A stretch of DNA of 63,651 nucleotides, counting the filler, from Dugesia japonica (Eukaryota): NCBI GenBank assembly GCA_001938525.1. It is 5 parts of 5 records of this genome, joined end to end, with 100 filler letters (N's around TTAATTAATTAA, not from the genome) between each part and the next. Parts side by side here need not be neighbours in the genome. Positions count along the whole stretch, not along the records: positions 13,857 to 27,637 come from MQRL01611681.1; positions 27,738 to 42,101 come from MQRL01542173.1; 3 more parts are not named here. One strand, written 5' to 3'. The stretch's first letter is position 1, and each line of letters starts with the position of its first letter. This document shows, piece by piece, positions 25,240 to 39,099 of the stretch. The notes under the pieces were generated by a model, which did no database searches, was not told the origin of the DNA, and saw nothing but the letters and a program-made list of their open reading frames with translations. Both the position numbers and the translations under genes were made by a program.

Positions 25240-25840
25240 CTAATACATAAAAATTGTAATCCGATACATAAAATTTATAATCGTACTTATATAATTTATA
25301 ATCAAACAAATTTACAACCAATATACAAATATTTTAAACCAACACAATAAAATTATAAACCATTATACAAATATCTAAACCAATACATAAATTTGAAACT
25401 AATACACTAAAATTGTGATCAAACACATAAAAATTAATGTTTAACATGAAAAATTCAAACATTAGAATCCATAACATTACACAGTAATCTAACATAGANA
25501 AAATTAAACCTCTGACATAGAAAATATTATTCCAACATATAAAAATTAGAATTCGTCACCCTAATCTAACATACAAATTTGAAATTAATCAGAAAATATT
25601 AACCTAACATATAAAACTTACATAAATCACATGAAAATTATAGTCTAACATACAAATTCAAAACCAGCTTATTAAAATTAACTTAATACATTCAATAAAA
25701 TTAACACTTTCAATTATTTGATACAACTAAGACTTATAATATACTCAATCTACTTAATACAATCAATATAATTTATCAATTCATCGAATTGACCTAATTT
25801 AAAAAAGCATTCAATACATTTGGCCTATTTATTTCATCAA
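25240..25840. repeat. Inverted copy of the 19440-19580 and 20677-20812 blocks, including the 21-bp minisatellite
   Basis: 25310-25444 is the reverse complement of ~20677-20812. 25702-25838 is the reverse complement of ~19443-19578. Confidence 0.8.
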
Positions 25841-25899
25841 AATTAGTGAAAAACATAATTCAAAATTTATTTGCTTTAATCTGTATGAAAAGCAATTGA

Positions 25900-26210
25900 C
25901 GATGAAATTTGCACTAATATTAACATTCACAGATTTCCGAAAAGAATTTACACTCGCCACTGATGAAAGTTTTAATACCATTGGAGTGGTATATCAGAAA
26001 ACAATGAATACGGATATGAAAATGTAATATCTTGTCGATTTCATTCCTTGAATGGTCATGACAGATGTTACTGTATTACCAGGAAAGAATTGTTAGAAAT
26101 CTACTATTTAAGTCGGCATTTTAATCCCTACTTATACTGTAAAGGATTAACATTACATACAGAACATAAAGCGATTATTTTCATGCTAACTACTATTAAA
26201 TTAAAAAGGA
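25900..26210 (+). mobile_element. Gypsy RNase H remnant
   Basis: ILTFTDFRKEFTLATDESFNTIGVV and YCITRKELL...HFNPYLY...TLHTEHKAI. Confidence 0.75.
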
Positions 26211-26767
26211 AGTATGTATTGATAATTTAGAATATAAATAAAGTATACTCAGTGTTTCATCATAATTTGAAAACGAAGAAAGGAATTAATATTTTTGTAA
26301 ATATTTTAAATATTTAATTTTTATTTTAGACCAACCAAATAAACAATAAAAGGTTTACCACAACGAATAACAATATGACCATGAACCCAATGAAGAGACA
26401 AATCAATAAAGTTTTATGATTTTTAATTAATTTAATTTAATTTGATATTTTTAGAACAATAAAAACATTAGAATCAATGATAATAAATTGCTAATGAATA
26501 AAGAATTGAATCGGAATTTTATGACAAAGCAAGAAGTTTATGTTAGTATTGTGAACCATGACAATTTATGCAAAATGATAATTTAATGAATTTAAAAACA
26601 GGTTAGTTATTTTTAATTTTTAAAGGTAATTATTTTGAAATAATAATTAATTTTCACTTTATTATAATAACTTTAATTAATTTTGATAATTAGGTGTAAT
26701 TTTGTTTTTTTATAATACTGTAATTCATTTCCCTCCTTTAAATCGTATTTGAATTATTTAATAGGTA

Positions 26768-27637
26768 CAGTCCGTTTTAAAAGTCTGTTCGCACCCATGT
26801 AAATTCATAAGTAAATAAATAAGTATTTGTAATTTTTTTCAATTTGTTTTAGTAAAGTAACTTGCAAAATATAGTAAATAATATTTTTAAAAATTTTATC
26901 AACTGATATTAAATGTATTTAATATTATATAACACATTTTAGATATAATGAATAATCGAAACGTCCTGATGAAGCACATCAGAATAGTTGTGAAATTGAT
27001 GATGGAAGGGTATAGTACTTGCTCAATAAAGCAAGTAATGATGGACAGGCATTATATTGATATGTCAAAGAGTGGTATTCAAATAATTGTCTATAAATAT
27101 AAGACCGAAGGAATGTCTGTGGATCGGAAACGCAGTGGAAGATCGCCGAAATTATCAATACGGCCACACAGATTTATTCGACGCGTATGCCTTAAAAAAG
27201 CAGCATGTCGATAACAGAAATAGCACGTAATTGTAATATGGGTAGCATTCAACATGTGTCCAGATGCGCAGTTCACTGCATTCTCAATAAGTACGGATTA
27301 AGAAGTCATCCAGCTGTTAGCAAGCCGTTGATCAATGATAAACAAAGTAAAAGAAGATTGCGATGGGCGATATCTAAACAGCAATGGGATTTTGATAAAT
27401 TGGCACATGTTGTCTTCAGTGATGAATCAATGTTTTGCATATATAGTCATAGTCGCTCCAAAATAATTAGGTGGTTTCAACATGAAAGATTAAGTCTTAT
27501 TTGTACTAAGAAGGTTATTTAATATGGTGTGCAAATCCATGTTTGGGGATATTTTTCGCGATTCGGTGTAGGAATTTTGAAACGAATACAGGGTACGTTG
27601 AATTCTGCAACCTATCAAAAGAAGATTGTCAGTGACA
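26768..27637 (+). mobile_element. Tc1-like transposon, 5' part (frameshifted transposase)
   Basis: ta|CAGT start, HTH with RSGRSPKLS, KPLI..RRLRWA, VVFSDES and VWG..S..GVG.L.RIQGTLNS. Cut by the spacer. Confidence 0.85.
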
Positions 27638-27737
27638 NNNNNNNNNNNNNNNNNNNNNNNNNNNNNNNNNNNNNNNNNNNNTTAATTAATTAANNNNNNN
27701 NNNNNNNNNNNNNNNNNNNNNNNNNNNNNNNNNNNNN
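27638..27737. other. Artificial scaffold spacer
   Basis: N44-TTAATTAATTAA-N44. Confidence 0.95.
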
Positions 27738-29900
27738 AATTTGATGATAAAAAGCATCTTCCATGGTCAGCATGAATCGATCTTGGTGAGCCAAACTTCA
27801 GTAAGCAATATTCACTCAAAATCTTGATTAAAGTTTAACCACCTTGATTTTTTACTGTTTTTAGTGAAATATATTTGCTATACTGATTGCAAATATATAC
27901 TTTTTTCCTGTGATTGTCAATTTAAATGGTCCACACAAATCTATATAAATAAATTCAAGTGGTTCATGAGACGCTAATTTTAGGCATTTTTCTTTTGTTT
28001 TCATTGTATACACTTTTCTTTCATGAGATATTCTGCAATTCTGAATATTTTTCTTGACATATTCTTCAAAGTTTTCTATATAATATTTTTGTTTCTTGAA
28101 ATGGTATACCTTTTGAAATCTAGCATTGTATAACTTTTTGTGCTTTTCCGTAATTTTGTGATTTCGTTTATCCCTAGGAACATATATTTTATTATTTTTA
28201 AAAACAATTCCGTCTTGATATTCAAATTTTACTGTCTTTTTACTTTCAATCCTATCTATTGTTTTATTAATTTTTTTATTATTTCTCTGCATTTCACACT
28301 TCATGATATTTTCATTTTTAACTAATAAACGAGTTTGGGTTTTCTAGTTTTAGCATCAGCGTGTTCTATATTACATTGTTTACACAACTTGTTATTCAAT
28401 CTTGATAAAGCATCTACGTTTGAATGTTTCTCTTCTTTTCTGTACTCCAACTTTTTATTTAAACTATTGATAAAATTTGTCCAATTTTGAAATTGAGCTG
28501 AATTTGGTTTTTTTGTTGTTAAAATAATGTTTATCGCTTTATGGTTTGGTCGCTATACAAATTGTTTTCCGTATAAATAGTGCTTAAAGTGTTGAGTAAA
28601 GTGAAATACTGAAAGTAATTATTTTCTCGTAATACAAAAATTTTCATTATTTACAAAGATTAAATCCGTATTACATCTAATTCATTATTAAAGTAATTAT
28701 GAAAATTATCAAACGAATTACTCGAATAAACAAAAAAATCTAAACAATTTTCAGAACATTCATTCAAACATATATTATAAACAGACATAAAATCACATAA
28801 ACTCACAGTATTACATTTATATTTAATAAATCTTGAATCAAAGGCATCACTTATTCCATCTAAATAGCTTTGATCATTTCCTTTTTGGTTGAAGCTTTGT
28901 AGTTTTCGTAAACATTTGAGCATCTCTAGTTTGAGAACAGACATTATCTAGTGTAGCAACTCGATCATATCGAATGGAAAATATCCTGTCATAAAAATTC
29001 TGAGTTCTATAATTATCATAATTTTTTCTATTGGTAATATTCTTCTCTCTGTGATTGTTTCTTAATTGAAAACAATTCCTGCTTAAATGTCCTCTCCTTT
29101 GACAAGTTGAACAATGCAAATTTTGGAAACTTTCTTCTGACATGGTTGAATTCTTGGTATCCATAACATTGAAAGTTTTTTTATAATTGTCAGAATTCAT
29201 TGGTTTTGTATGGGTTGGTCTTGGAATTGTCTTTGATTGTTGGTTTTATATTAATTTCTTGATTCTTCACCGTAATATTTTTTTTAATTATCTCACTTTG
29301 AACATATGGATACGAATTGTATTTTTGCAACTTGGGCATAAATTGGTCTATTGAGAATCAAAATATGTGCATTTCGATTTCTTTCTGCAACTGATTTTAA
29401 AATTTCTTTGATATATTTCACTGGAGTTGGTCCTCATTGATCTTCAATTTCCTATTTTCCTGATTTTAATTTGAGAAAAGATTCTGTATACTTAAATCTA
29501 GAAACTTCTTCTTTCATTGTTTTATCATCCAGGGATTACTTCAATAAAAAGTGGTGCGTTTAGTCGACGTCAATTTGTTTCGCATTACTTTCTCTACGTT
29601 CTTTTCAACTTATTGGATATATTCTTCGATTGAATTATTCCTTTTTCAATATTGTAACGTATTTTGTGTCTTCTGCCAAATTACTAGATTAGCGATTAAT
29701 TTTCGTAATTTTTCTTCATAACTATTTCAACCATTGAGCTTTTCTAATTGTCTTCTAGAATCTTCGTCCATAAAAGCTCGAATTAATATATTTCTTTGTT
29801 CTGGATTGATTTGGATTAAATCGAANAAATTAATTAATTTTTACGATGAATTCTTCTACATTCATATTTGAGAAGAAAATATTCGGCTGTGGAATTAATC
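27738..29900 (-). mobile_element. Ty3/Gypsy remnant: gag with knuckle, RNase H end, integrase
   Basis: CSTCQRRGHLSRNC (~29075-29117); FCITRK*LLSVFHFTQHFKHYLYGK; integrase KIYVPRDKR...PLEFIYIDLCGPF. Confidence 0.8.
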
Positions 29901-30116
29901 AAATAAGTTCACTTGTATTTAATGTGATCGTCATATTACTATTCAGAAATAAAACCAATTCAATAAACTTATAAAATAAAAAGTGCTTATTTCACATCAA
30001 TTGCATTCTTAAATATGGGGAATATAAGTGATGCAATGATTCATACAGTTCGCATTAATCATAACATACTTACGGGCCAAATCAATATTTAATTTTCACA
30101 AATATATCCTAATCAC

Positions 30117-30117
30117 A

Positions 30118-30183
<66 letters not shown>

Positions 30184-30233
30184 NNNNNNNNNNNNNNNNN
30201 NNNNNNNNNNNNNNNNNNNNNNNNNNNNNNNNN

Positions 30234-30298
<65 letters not shown>
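30117..30298. repeat. (ATT)n microsatellite spanning a gap
   Basis: Direct inspection. Confidence 0.95.
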
Positions 30299-30299
<1 letters not shown>

Positions 30300-30929
30300 T
30301 TACCATTTATTTTATAATTACAATTATTGTGAGAATAATTGTTGGACTTAACCGTAGATAACATTTGAGAATTCATTAAATTAAAAGCTTCGATCAGGAA
30401 TTTGTGAAGAAGACAAAAATAAAATATTCGTTTAACTACCAAAAAGGAAATAAAATAGCAAAACAACATTTTGATCGATGCTTTTAATTTTATGAAATTT
30501 ATTTAAAATAGAATTTATTTAATATGTAAGTTAATTATTTTCTATTATTTTTATTTATTTTAAAATGTTTTATTTTTATTTTATAATATATGTTCTGTAT
30601 TTATTTTATAATATATGTTCTGTATTATTGATAATCATATTTTCAGAGAATGGTAGCAACTCTTCGATTGATCAGTGATCAAGATTTAAGTATATAAGTC
30701 ACTCGATCAAATCTCAAATTAAGAAAATTCTAAATTAAAGTTATTATTATTTCAATTCCTTAATTTACAGTTTCATTATAATTATAATTTCATAAAAACA
30801 TCATTTTAAAAAAAATAAATCATCTTTAACAAATAAAATTTTTTATTAACTTTCTATAAAATAAAATAAAAAAAATTGTATATTCAAATTGCAATCAGTA
30901 AGTTAAGTTCAAAGAATGTGTCCTTTTTA

Positions 30930-31270
30930 TTTGTTGCCGATTTTAATATGTAAAATCAAAACACGTATTTCAGACATATTTTACTATTTTATAACCTGAG
31001 AAGAAAGAAATATCGCAGTTTTATAAGATACATGATGTATACGGAGAGGAAGCTGTAAATTAGCAACAATTACGAAATCGATTTGATAAATTCTGAAGTG
31101 GCGATTTTAAACTGAAATGTAAGTAATGCTTCTGTTGTCCAATAAAAGTTAATGACAACAAAATCAAAGCACTAATAAAAAAGAATCGTCATAGCGCAAG
31201 GTGTGACATTGCAAGAAAACCGTCTCAAAAAGATTGGCTATGTGTAAACACTACATTTATAGATTCCTTA
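30930..31270 (+). mobile_element. Mariner transposase N-terminal remnant
   Basis: YFRHILLF, DVYGEEAV, FDKF*SGDFKL and PIKVNDNKIKALIKKN. Confidence 0.6.
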
Positions 31271-32119
31271 ACTTATTAGCATCCAGCGTCCAATTTTGAG
31301 GTGACGCTTTATAATTTTTCTAGTACTCTACCTAAACCTTATTCCATTCTAATTTTAGAATAAGAATAATAAACAATAATATGCCTACACTTGGCATGTA
31401 TTGCTTTTATCAGACGTATTTTAGTGTTTGTGTTATTCGCTTCTAAACGTCTGTAAACATTTAGCTCTTTGCACTGCATCACATAAAAATTTAAAATTAA
31501 ATTGGGCGTTATTTTTTTTTATTTTCTTATGTCCAGTAAAAAAGAAAATGTTTGAGAATGTTACCTTATCATGAATGACAGTACAACAATTTTATAGTGC
31601 NNNNNNNNNNNNNNNNNNNNNNNNNNNNNNNNNNNNNNNNNNNNNNNNNNNNNNNNNNNNNNNNNNNNNNNNNNNNNNNNNNNNNNNNNNNNNNNNNNNN
31701 NNNNNNNNNNNAAAATAAAAGTTTATATTTTTAATCTTTTATAAAGCCTTTTTATTATGTTTACTACATATTTTAATAAAATTTGCTGTATTTCATAGCA
31801 AATGGTTAATGATCTCTCCCTAAAAAAATTCCCCACGCTTTAATTATTTTTAATTCGAAAATTTTATTTCGATTTGTTATTTTATATCAAGTTATTTATA
31901 TAACTAAAGCTACACTATAGAATTTTTCCAATGTTTTAACGTTCTCATTTTTAAAATAACTTTAGTGTATTTTATTTTAATTCATAAGAGAACATTTGCT
32001 ACTTTTATAGTTTAACAAAATTATATTTAAAACTTAATTAATTTAAAAATTTATATAATAAATTTATTTAGAAAAAAAATTATAAATTAACCATTAATCA
32101 ATATTTTTTAGATTATATA

Positions 32120-34433
32120 TTGAGTGAAAAGAAAAATAGAAACTGAGCGTAGAATATTTAACTCGGAATGGATAACCAGATATTTATTTACTTTATTGCA
32201 AGATAAGATAATTTGTCTCGTTTACCGTGAAACAATAGCAGTTCCAAAGGAATACAATCTTCGTCGCCACTTTGACACCAAACACCAAACATTATCCAAA
32301 TAAGATAAAGAGAAAAAACACAAAGAAGCGACTTTGATGTCAGCCATAAGTAGAGAGTAAAACATTTTTAAGAACATTGTAGCAGAGAATAAAACAGCAA
32401 CTCGAATAAGTTTTCAGATTTCAAGGGAAATTGCTGCTGCCTTTATTGAAGATGAATTTGTGAAGAAATGTATGTTAATGGTAGTTTCTGATTTAAGTCC
32501 AGTAAAAAAGAAAATGTTTGAAAATGTTACCTTATCATGAATGACAGTACAAAGAAGAATAACTGAAAATATCAATGATCAACTCAAAAGGAAAGGTCGG
32601 GAATTTTCATTCTTTTCTTTGTATATAGACTAAAGTACAGATTTACAAGATATTACCCGACTTATTGTTTTTATTAGAGGTATTGACAAAAATTTTAATA
32701 TTACTGAAGAGTTTGTTGAAATATGCTTCATGTCTGGACGTACAATAGGAAAAAAATATTTAATGAAATGAAAAAATGTCTGACCAACAATTTGAATATT
32801 AATTTTACTAACTTGGAAGCCATTTGAACATATAACGCCCCAGCTATGTGCGGTAAAAAATATTTGTGCTGTCACACTCCTTCAAGAATTTACTGGGAAG
32901 AAAATCATACAATTGCACTGCATTGTACATCTCCAGGTTTTATGCAGCAAGGTTTTAAATTTTGAACATGTAATGAAGGTGATAGTTTCTGTTGTTAACT
33001 ATATTCGATCTAGTGGACTTAAGCATAGAACTTTTAAAGCTTTTCTAGAAGAAGTGGATACTAACTTTACGAGTTTACTCTACGATACAGATATTCGTTG
33101 GTTAAGCCTTGGACGGACGCTTCAGCGTTTTGTTGATTTGAAATCCGAAATTGTTGCTTTTCTCCAAAATGAATTACGAAAATTTCTTGACCTTTGAGAT
33201 AACGCTTGGAATTTTGATTTATTTTTCTTCTGTGATATTACACAGCATTTGAATGATTTGAATATGCAACTTCAAGGAAAAAACCAATCTTTATTTGAAT
33301 TATTAGCTGCTATGAGAGCCTATTGAGGTTGAAACTTTTCAGAAGTCAATTATTAAAAGTTGAAATGTCTCATTTTCCTACTTGCAAGCAACAAATTCCC
33401 ACCATAAGTATACAGATCTAGGACAAAAATATGCAGAACAAGTCGATTTATTAATTGAAGAATTTGAGAGTAGATTTACCTTATCTGATAAAACATACGG
33501 TCATCTAAAATTAATTGAAGATCCATTTTCTGTTGAAGTTGAACATGTACCACTTAAGCTGCAGTTTGAGGTTATTGAACCCCAGTGTTCAATAATATAT
33601 AAAAATAATTGCAGGGAAAAGAACTTACTGGATTTTTACAAAAGTTTGGACAGTAACAAATATAAAAATCTTATAGAAGTTGCAATGAAAAATGTTCAGC
33701 ATTTTGATAGCACTTACTTAAGCGAGCAAATCTTTTCACTAACAAATTTTAATGTCTCACAATTTTAATTTTAAGTTCATTAATTGTCTCACAAATAACA
33801 CATGGAAGAAATTTTAAGAACAGTAACATCAAATATGACACTAGAATATGATATGCTTGTCAAGGAAAAGAAGTGCAATACTTCTCATTAAATTTATATA
33901 AATATTAATATTTTATTTTGTTTATTGTGAAAATTAAACTTTGTGTAATTATTCACTTTTTTAAAATTTTTAACCATTGATCTGTAATATAAAAGAATTA
34001 AATATTTTCAAAATTACGAAAATAAACTAAGGCGTAGATCAAAAAAGTTTCAAAAAAATGTTTCTTTTTAAAATTTTTATTAAAATAACCAACATTTTTA
34101 ACAAAACGTTTATTTTTTCCAAATTTTCGATTTTATCTGAAGAAGAATAAGAAGATAAAATCGAAAATTTGGAAAAAATAAAAAACGTTTTTTGAAAAAT
34201 TTTTGTTATTTTAATAAAAATCTTTAAAAAGAAACATTTTTTTGAAACTTTTTTATTCTACGCCTTAGTTTTTTTCGTAATTTTGAAAATATTTAAATTT
34301 TTTATTGATATTTTATTTAAAACACATTTTTTCTTTATTATTATCAAGCATAGTCTTCTATATTATTTATGGCCCTCCACAATTTTCCCATAAATTTGTG
34401 GCCCTTGAAAGCAATCTAAGTTGTGTAGGCCTG
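32120..34433 (+). mobile_element. hAT transposon of the Charlie/SPIN/GTF2IRD2-like group, decayed
   Basis: RIFNSEW..Y...CLV..TIAVPKEYNLRRHFDTKH, D*STD, HCIVHLQVLC, RWLSLG and STYLSEQIFS. The 3' end gtggccc...aagttgtgtaggcctg is followed by 8-bp gccTAaat. Confidence 0.9.
33998..34296. repeat. ~300-bp near-perfect palindrome (hairpin MITE-like) within the hAT 3' region
   Basis: Arms 33998-34138 and 34153-34296 are reverse complements around a 14-nt loop. Confidence 0.9.
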
Positions 34434-34497
34434 GCCTAAATCATACTATCAGTAGATTATTAATATAATTTAATTAAGTAAAGAATATTAATTATAA

Positions 34498-34795
34498 TAT
34501 GATGCCGTTCAATAATTAAGTCAACAAAATTGAGGGAGGGATTTTGAAGACGTTTGACAATTTTCGACTAAAGGAGAAAGATGTCCAAGAAAAATTAACG
34601 TCAACACTTTTTTCCGATAAATTAAATAAATCAAAACTTTTAGTTAAAATATTGTTAATTTGCGGGAGAGAGATAAACATTTGTTGACATAATTTTATTA
34701 GTGAGATCTTTGAAGGTTTGATAGTTGTTGATAATGGGGGGAAGAAAGTTAAAATTTGTCTTAAAATGGTTGAAATAATTAATGGAGAGCTACTA
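34498..34795. mobile_element. Degenerate Harbinger-like MITE
   Basis: Starts gatgccgttcaataattaagtca, ends aaataattaatggagagc, with internal G-rich tracts. Resembles the element at 51284. Confidence 0.4.
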
Positions 34796-35336
34796 TTGAG
34801 AGCATTCCATTTTGTAATTTTTGTAATTTGTAACTTATCGAATATTATAAAATATTTAAATAATAATTTATTTTTATTAAGTAATTCTAATTGGATTCGA
34901 GAACCTTTTATTTATGTACTTGAACTATTTTTGGAATTATTATTTTTGTTCATATTGTTATTTTTAATAAAACTTTTGATCAATTGTAGTTTTGAAAGAT
35001 TATTTAATTGTTAAAATAAATTTTGCTGTTGAAAATTAATTTTATATCATTTAATTATTTTCTTAAATATAAATATGAAATGCTTTTTGCTTAGAATTTT
35101 TTTTATTTTATCAAATTAATCTTAATAAATCCTTATCGATATTCATAATATTATCGGCAAATATATTTTAAATTGATATTATTTGCAACGATTAACATTA
35201 AGACATGTTTTTCAGGAAAATGAAATATTAAACATATAATTAATAGATTTTTATATAATTATTATGTATTATTGTTATTTGATGTGTAATTAAAACTATT
35301 ATTGATTGATATCATCATTCGTTCATTAATTCATTG

Positions 35337-35337
<1 letters not shown>

Positions 35338-35403
<66 letters not shown>

Positions 35404-35455
35404 NNNNNNNNNNNNNNNNNNNNNNNNNNNNNNNNNNNNNNNNNNNNNNNNNNNN

Positions 35456-35517
<62 letters not shown>
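35338..35517. repeat. (AAT)n microsatellite spanning a gap
   Basis: Direct inspection. Confidence 0.95.
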
Positions 35518-35559
35518 TTATAAGCTTAATTATTTTCATAGTTTACCATTATAATGATA

Positions 35560-35725
35560 GTAAATAATGTTTCTTTACCAATGCCCGATCATGCAAATCC
35601 TTCTCCTTGAGCCTGTTTCTCACTCTTTTGGGGTTAACAGAAGCAAGGTGCAGATTAGCAAGTTCATTTGCAATATGTATTGCACAAGGAGTCACAGAAA
35701 TCTCAGCTATTCTCAAAATTTTGTT
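35560..35725 (-). mobile_element. Tc1 transposase DNA-binding-domain remnant
   Basis: AIHIANEL...VNPKRVRNRLKEKDLHDRALVKK. Confidence 0.55.
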
Positions 35726-35779
35726 ATCAATCCTATATATAGTTTTTATAGGTCGAATCAGTTGAAAATGTAATTATAA

Positions 35780-37390
35780 AAGCGTTTATTACAACAGACG
35801 TAGTTAAATGATTTGAATAGTGGATTCAAAGATTGAAGATTTTAAAACAAGGTGTAGAGAAGGATTTTCTAAACTTTCAGATCTTTGTAAAGATTTAATT
35901 AATGCTTTTAAATATCGAAGACTTAATGAATCTTTTATTTTTTTTAAAAAGTTGAGAAGTTGGCAGATAATATTCTGCGTTACCAGTTAACGAAGGAAAA
36001 ACTGGTCTAATTCCTTTTTAAAAATTCAATGGATGATAAAGAAGTTCAAAAGGAAAGTAACATGCGAGATATAGAAGATGTTGAAAATATGAAAGAAGTT
36101 ATAATTAAAATTTTTGGATTAAAAAAGAAAATGGAACCAGAATATGGAATATCAGCGTTGAAGAAAAAATTATCTATGCAACAATAGCACCTAAAATTCC
36201 AAATTAAAATAATAAATTTAATAAACGAAGATTCAATGGAAATTTAAATCAAAATAAAAATTATGAGCAGAAAATTGATTCAAAATTTTATCGAAGAAAT
36301 ATTGGAAATTTCATGTGACGAAATCATGTACTCAATTTTCAAACGTTTAGAGTAAGAAAATGTTGAGTATGCAGAAACAAAGGTCATATACGCTCACAAT
36401 GCCCTAATGTTAAATGCTCGCATTTTAAGAATCCAGGGCATCTCCGATTCCAATGCCACAAAATTAATCCCATGAGAGCAGAAAGAAGACAAATGTATAA
36501 CAAGACACGAAGATTTCAAATGAATGCCTTTGATGATGATAATGCCTGTCCCAGTGATGGAGTAGATAAAAAAGAGAATTCGGGACATGACAAAGCTCTG
36601 ACGAGAGAGGATTCTGTTGGAGCAATAAATCTAGGTTAGATAATAATGTTTTGAGCCCTAATGTATGTGATATGAAGGCTTGTCAATGTTTGTTTGATCT
36701 AAATAAAGAAAATTTAAAAAAATTGAATGATTTAGTTTACTTCAATGAATATAAATATTTGTTGATTAATGATTTATTTAACAAAACTTTGGAATATAAA
36801 AATGAATATTTTATAGATAACATTTTAATCTCTAATGATGTTTCAGTTTTAAATAAGGATTTAAATAATGTAAATTTAATAAATAATTATGAAGATAAGA
36901 TTGCGTATAATAAAATGTCAGAAAGACAATGTTTAAAGTTAAAATTAAATAACGAATTAAATGTTAATTGTTTACCTGATACTGGCGTCAAGATTAATGT
37001 GATTGACTATGCAATATTTTTAAAATTAAATATTATTAAAATTAAAAGTGAATATATTAATGTTACTTGTGCTAAAGAAAGCCAACTAAATACAATAGTG
37101 AGAATTATATTAAAAATTACACTTAATTAAAGAAATTTAAAGCGTAGAAGAATTATATACAATTTAAATATCTATGAATATTCAAAATATTTAGAAAAGA
37201 ATAATACTATTAGAAAATTTAATTTTGGTGATAAAGTTTTAATTAAAAGAGAAAGTCCACGTAAAATTGAAAACAGATATGAAAAACCAGAAATAATTAC
37301 AGAGAAAATACATGATAAAAGTTTTAAATTAGAACTCATTACTGGTAAAAAAAATAATATTTAATGATTAAAACACTTAAAAAATGGGAA
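35780..37390 (+). mobile_element. Gypsy remnant: gag with two decayed knuckles, protease, integrase tail
   Basis: C*VCRNKGHIRSQC and CSHFKNPGHLRFQC; CLPDTGVKINVI; RKFNFGDKVLIK...KIENRYEKP. Confidence 0.75.
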
Positions 37391-37615
37391 TCTGAGATAA
37401 CTAAGAATTGTATAATATTTCTATATTGATCTCTGAAAAAATATATTGACATGTTTTTGATAATAGATGAATGCGTGATTGAATGTACGCGTGTGCGTGT
37501 AATTTGAAGTGATCAAACATTATTACATAACCTATTCCTCATAAGCTACATATATTTGTTACAGTGTCGTTTTTGTTGAATAAATATATTTTACGCATAA
37601 CTTTATTTCAAAGCC

Positions 37616-37616
<1 letters not shown>

Positions 37617-37681
<65 letters not shown>
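37617..37681. repeat. (AAT)n microsatellite
   Basis: Direct inspection. Confidence 0.95.
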
Positions 37682-38539
37682 NNNNNNNNNNNNNNNNNNN
37701 NNNNNNNNNNNNNNNNNNNNNNNNNNNNNNNTGATATTTGAAAATTTCTAATAAATATTTATTATTATACTTTAAAAATTCTCATACAGTTAATCTAACA
37801 AATGTAATTATCAATCTCTCGGAAAACAAAAATAATTATATTGTCTCAAATTTTTTTAATGAAAATCCTATATATTTTCTGTCCCAGATATTTTTAACTT
37901 TAAAGCTTTTATCACAATTCTCTGTATTAACTGTATAAAAAACTGATCAGTCGAATAAACTGGAAACGAAAGATAAACGTTTTCAAAATTATTTTGAGAG
38001 ATTTTACATCTACTTTAATTTAGAAAGGAAATATTTAGTAAAGTACTTTACAATTATTTCATTCTTTAAAAATTAATATTGAATGAAGAAAATAAAATAT
38101 TATGCATTGATCAAATTAATCAAGTTTATTTGAAATGATATTTTTACGAAAGAAAATGGCTGGAGAGTGAAAATGGTTATATAAAACATAAGGTAATATT
38201 AAATAATTCATTGTTTATCCCACCTGTCTNNNNNNNNNNNNNNNNNNNNNNNNNNNNNNNNNNNNNNNNNNNNNNNNNNNNNNNNNNNNNNNNNNNNNNC
38301 GGTTTATGAATTTAGACACATTATTGAGTAATGGGTGTGTACAGATGTATTATGTTAGAATTAAAAAATCATTGTATAATCGTCAAAAATTTATTTTTTC
38401 TTTAAATTAAGTGAAATTAATGATTTTTTAAGAATTTCTTCAAAGAAAATTTGTGGAAAAAACTTCTTTTGCTTACATTACCCAAAGTTTTCAAGTTTTT
38501 AAGTAGTCATGTGAATTTCTCCTAGACAATAATAAATGA

Positions 38540-38745
38540 AGTTCCTCTGCGAACGATATTAATATTAGATGCTTTCCGGGCAATTTTAAAATTAGTTGAT
38601 TGTAAGTTAATATTAATGTGGACTGCTTACCGACAATAATAATATTACATGCTCCAAGGCAATATTAATGCTAATATTAGTCGCTATCCCAAATAATTAG
38701 TTGCTCTCCCGAATAATTAGCTGATATCCCGGATAATATTAACAA
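38540..38745. repeat. Short ccggg/aatattaa repeat cluster related to Polinton subterminal sequence
   Basis: The reverse complement aaagcatctaatattaatat matches 7391-7410. The motif style is shared with 25025 and 58120-58260. Confidence 0.5.
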
Positions 38746-39099
38746 TAATAATAGTAATAATAATAAAAATAATAATAATATAAATATTAATAGTTATTAT
38801 TAATAATTATTTCATGTGTCATTACACACCAGGATGTTCTAGAATGAAATAACATTCATTTATTTTATATTATACTGTTAAACAAAAAACAATTCATATA
38901 TAAGTTTATCATAATTATAAAATAATTATTTATCAGCCATATTTTTTATTTATTATGGTAATTCAAAATTTAATTTTTTATTATTATAAGCAAATAATTA
39001 TTATTTAATAATTTCATCCAATAGAAACTGATTAAACTGAATAATAGTATTTAATTAATTGTAATCTTAACAAACTTGTGTTGTGTTAATGAAATAAAT

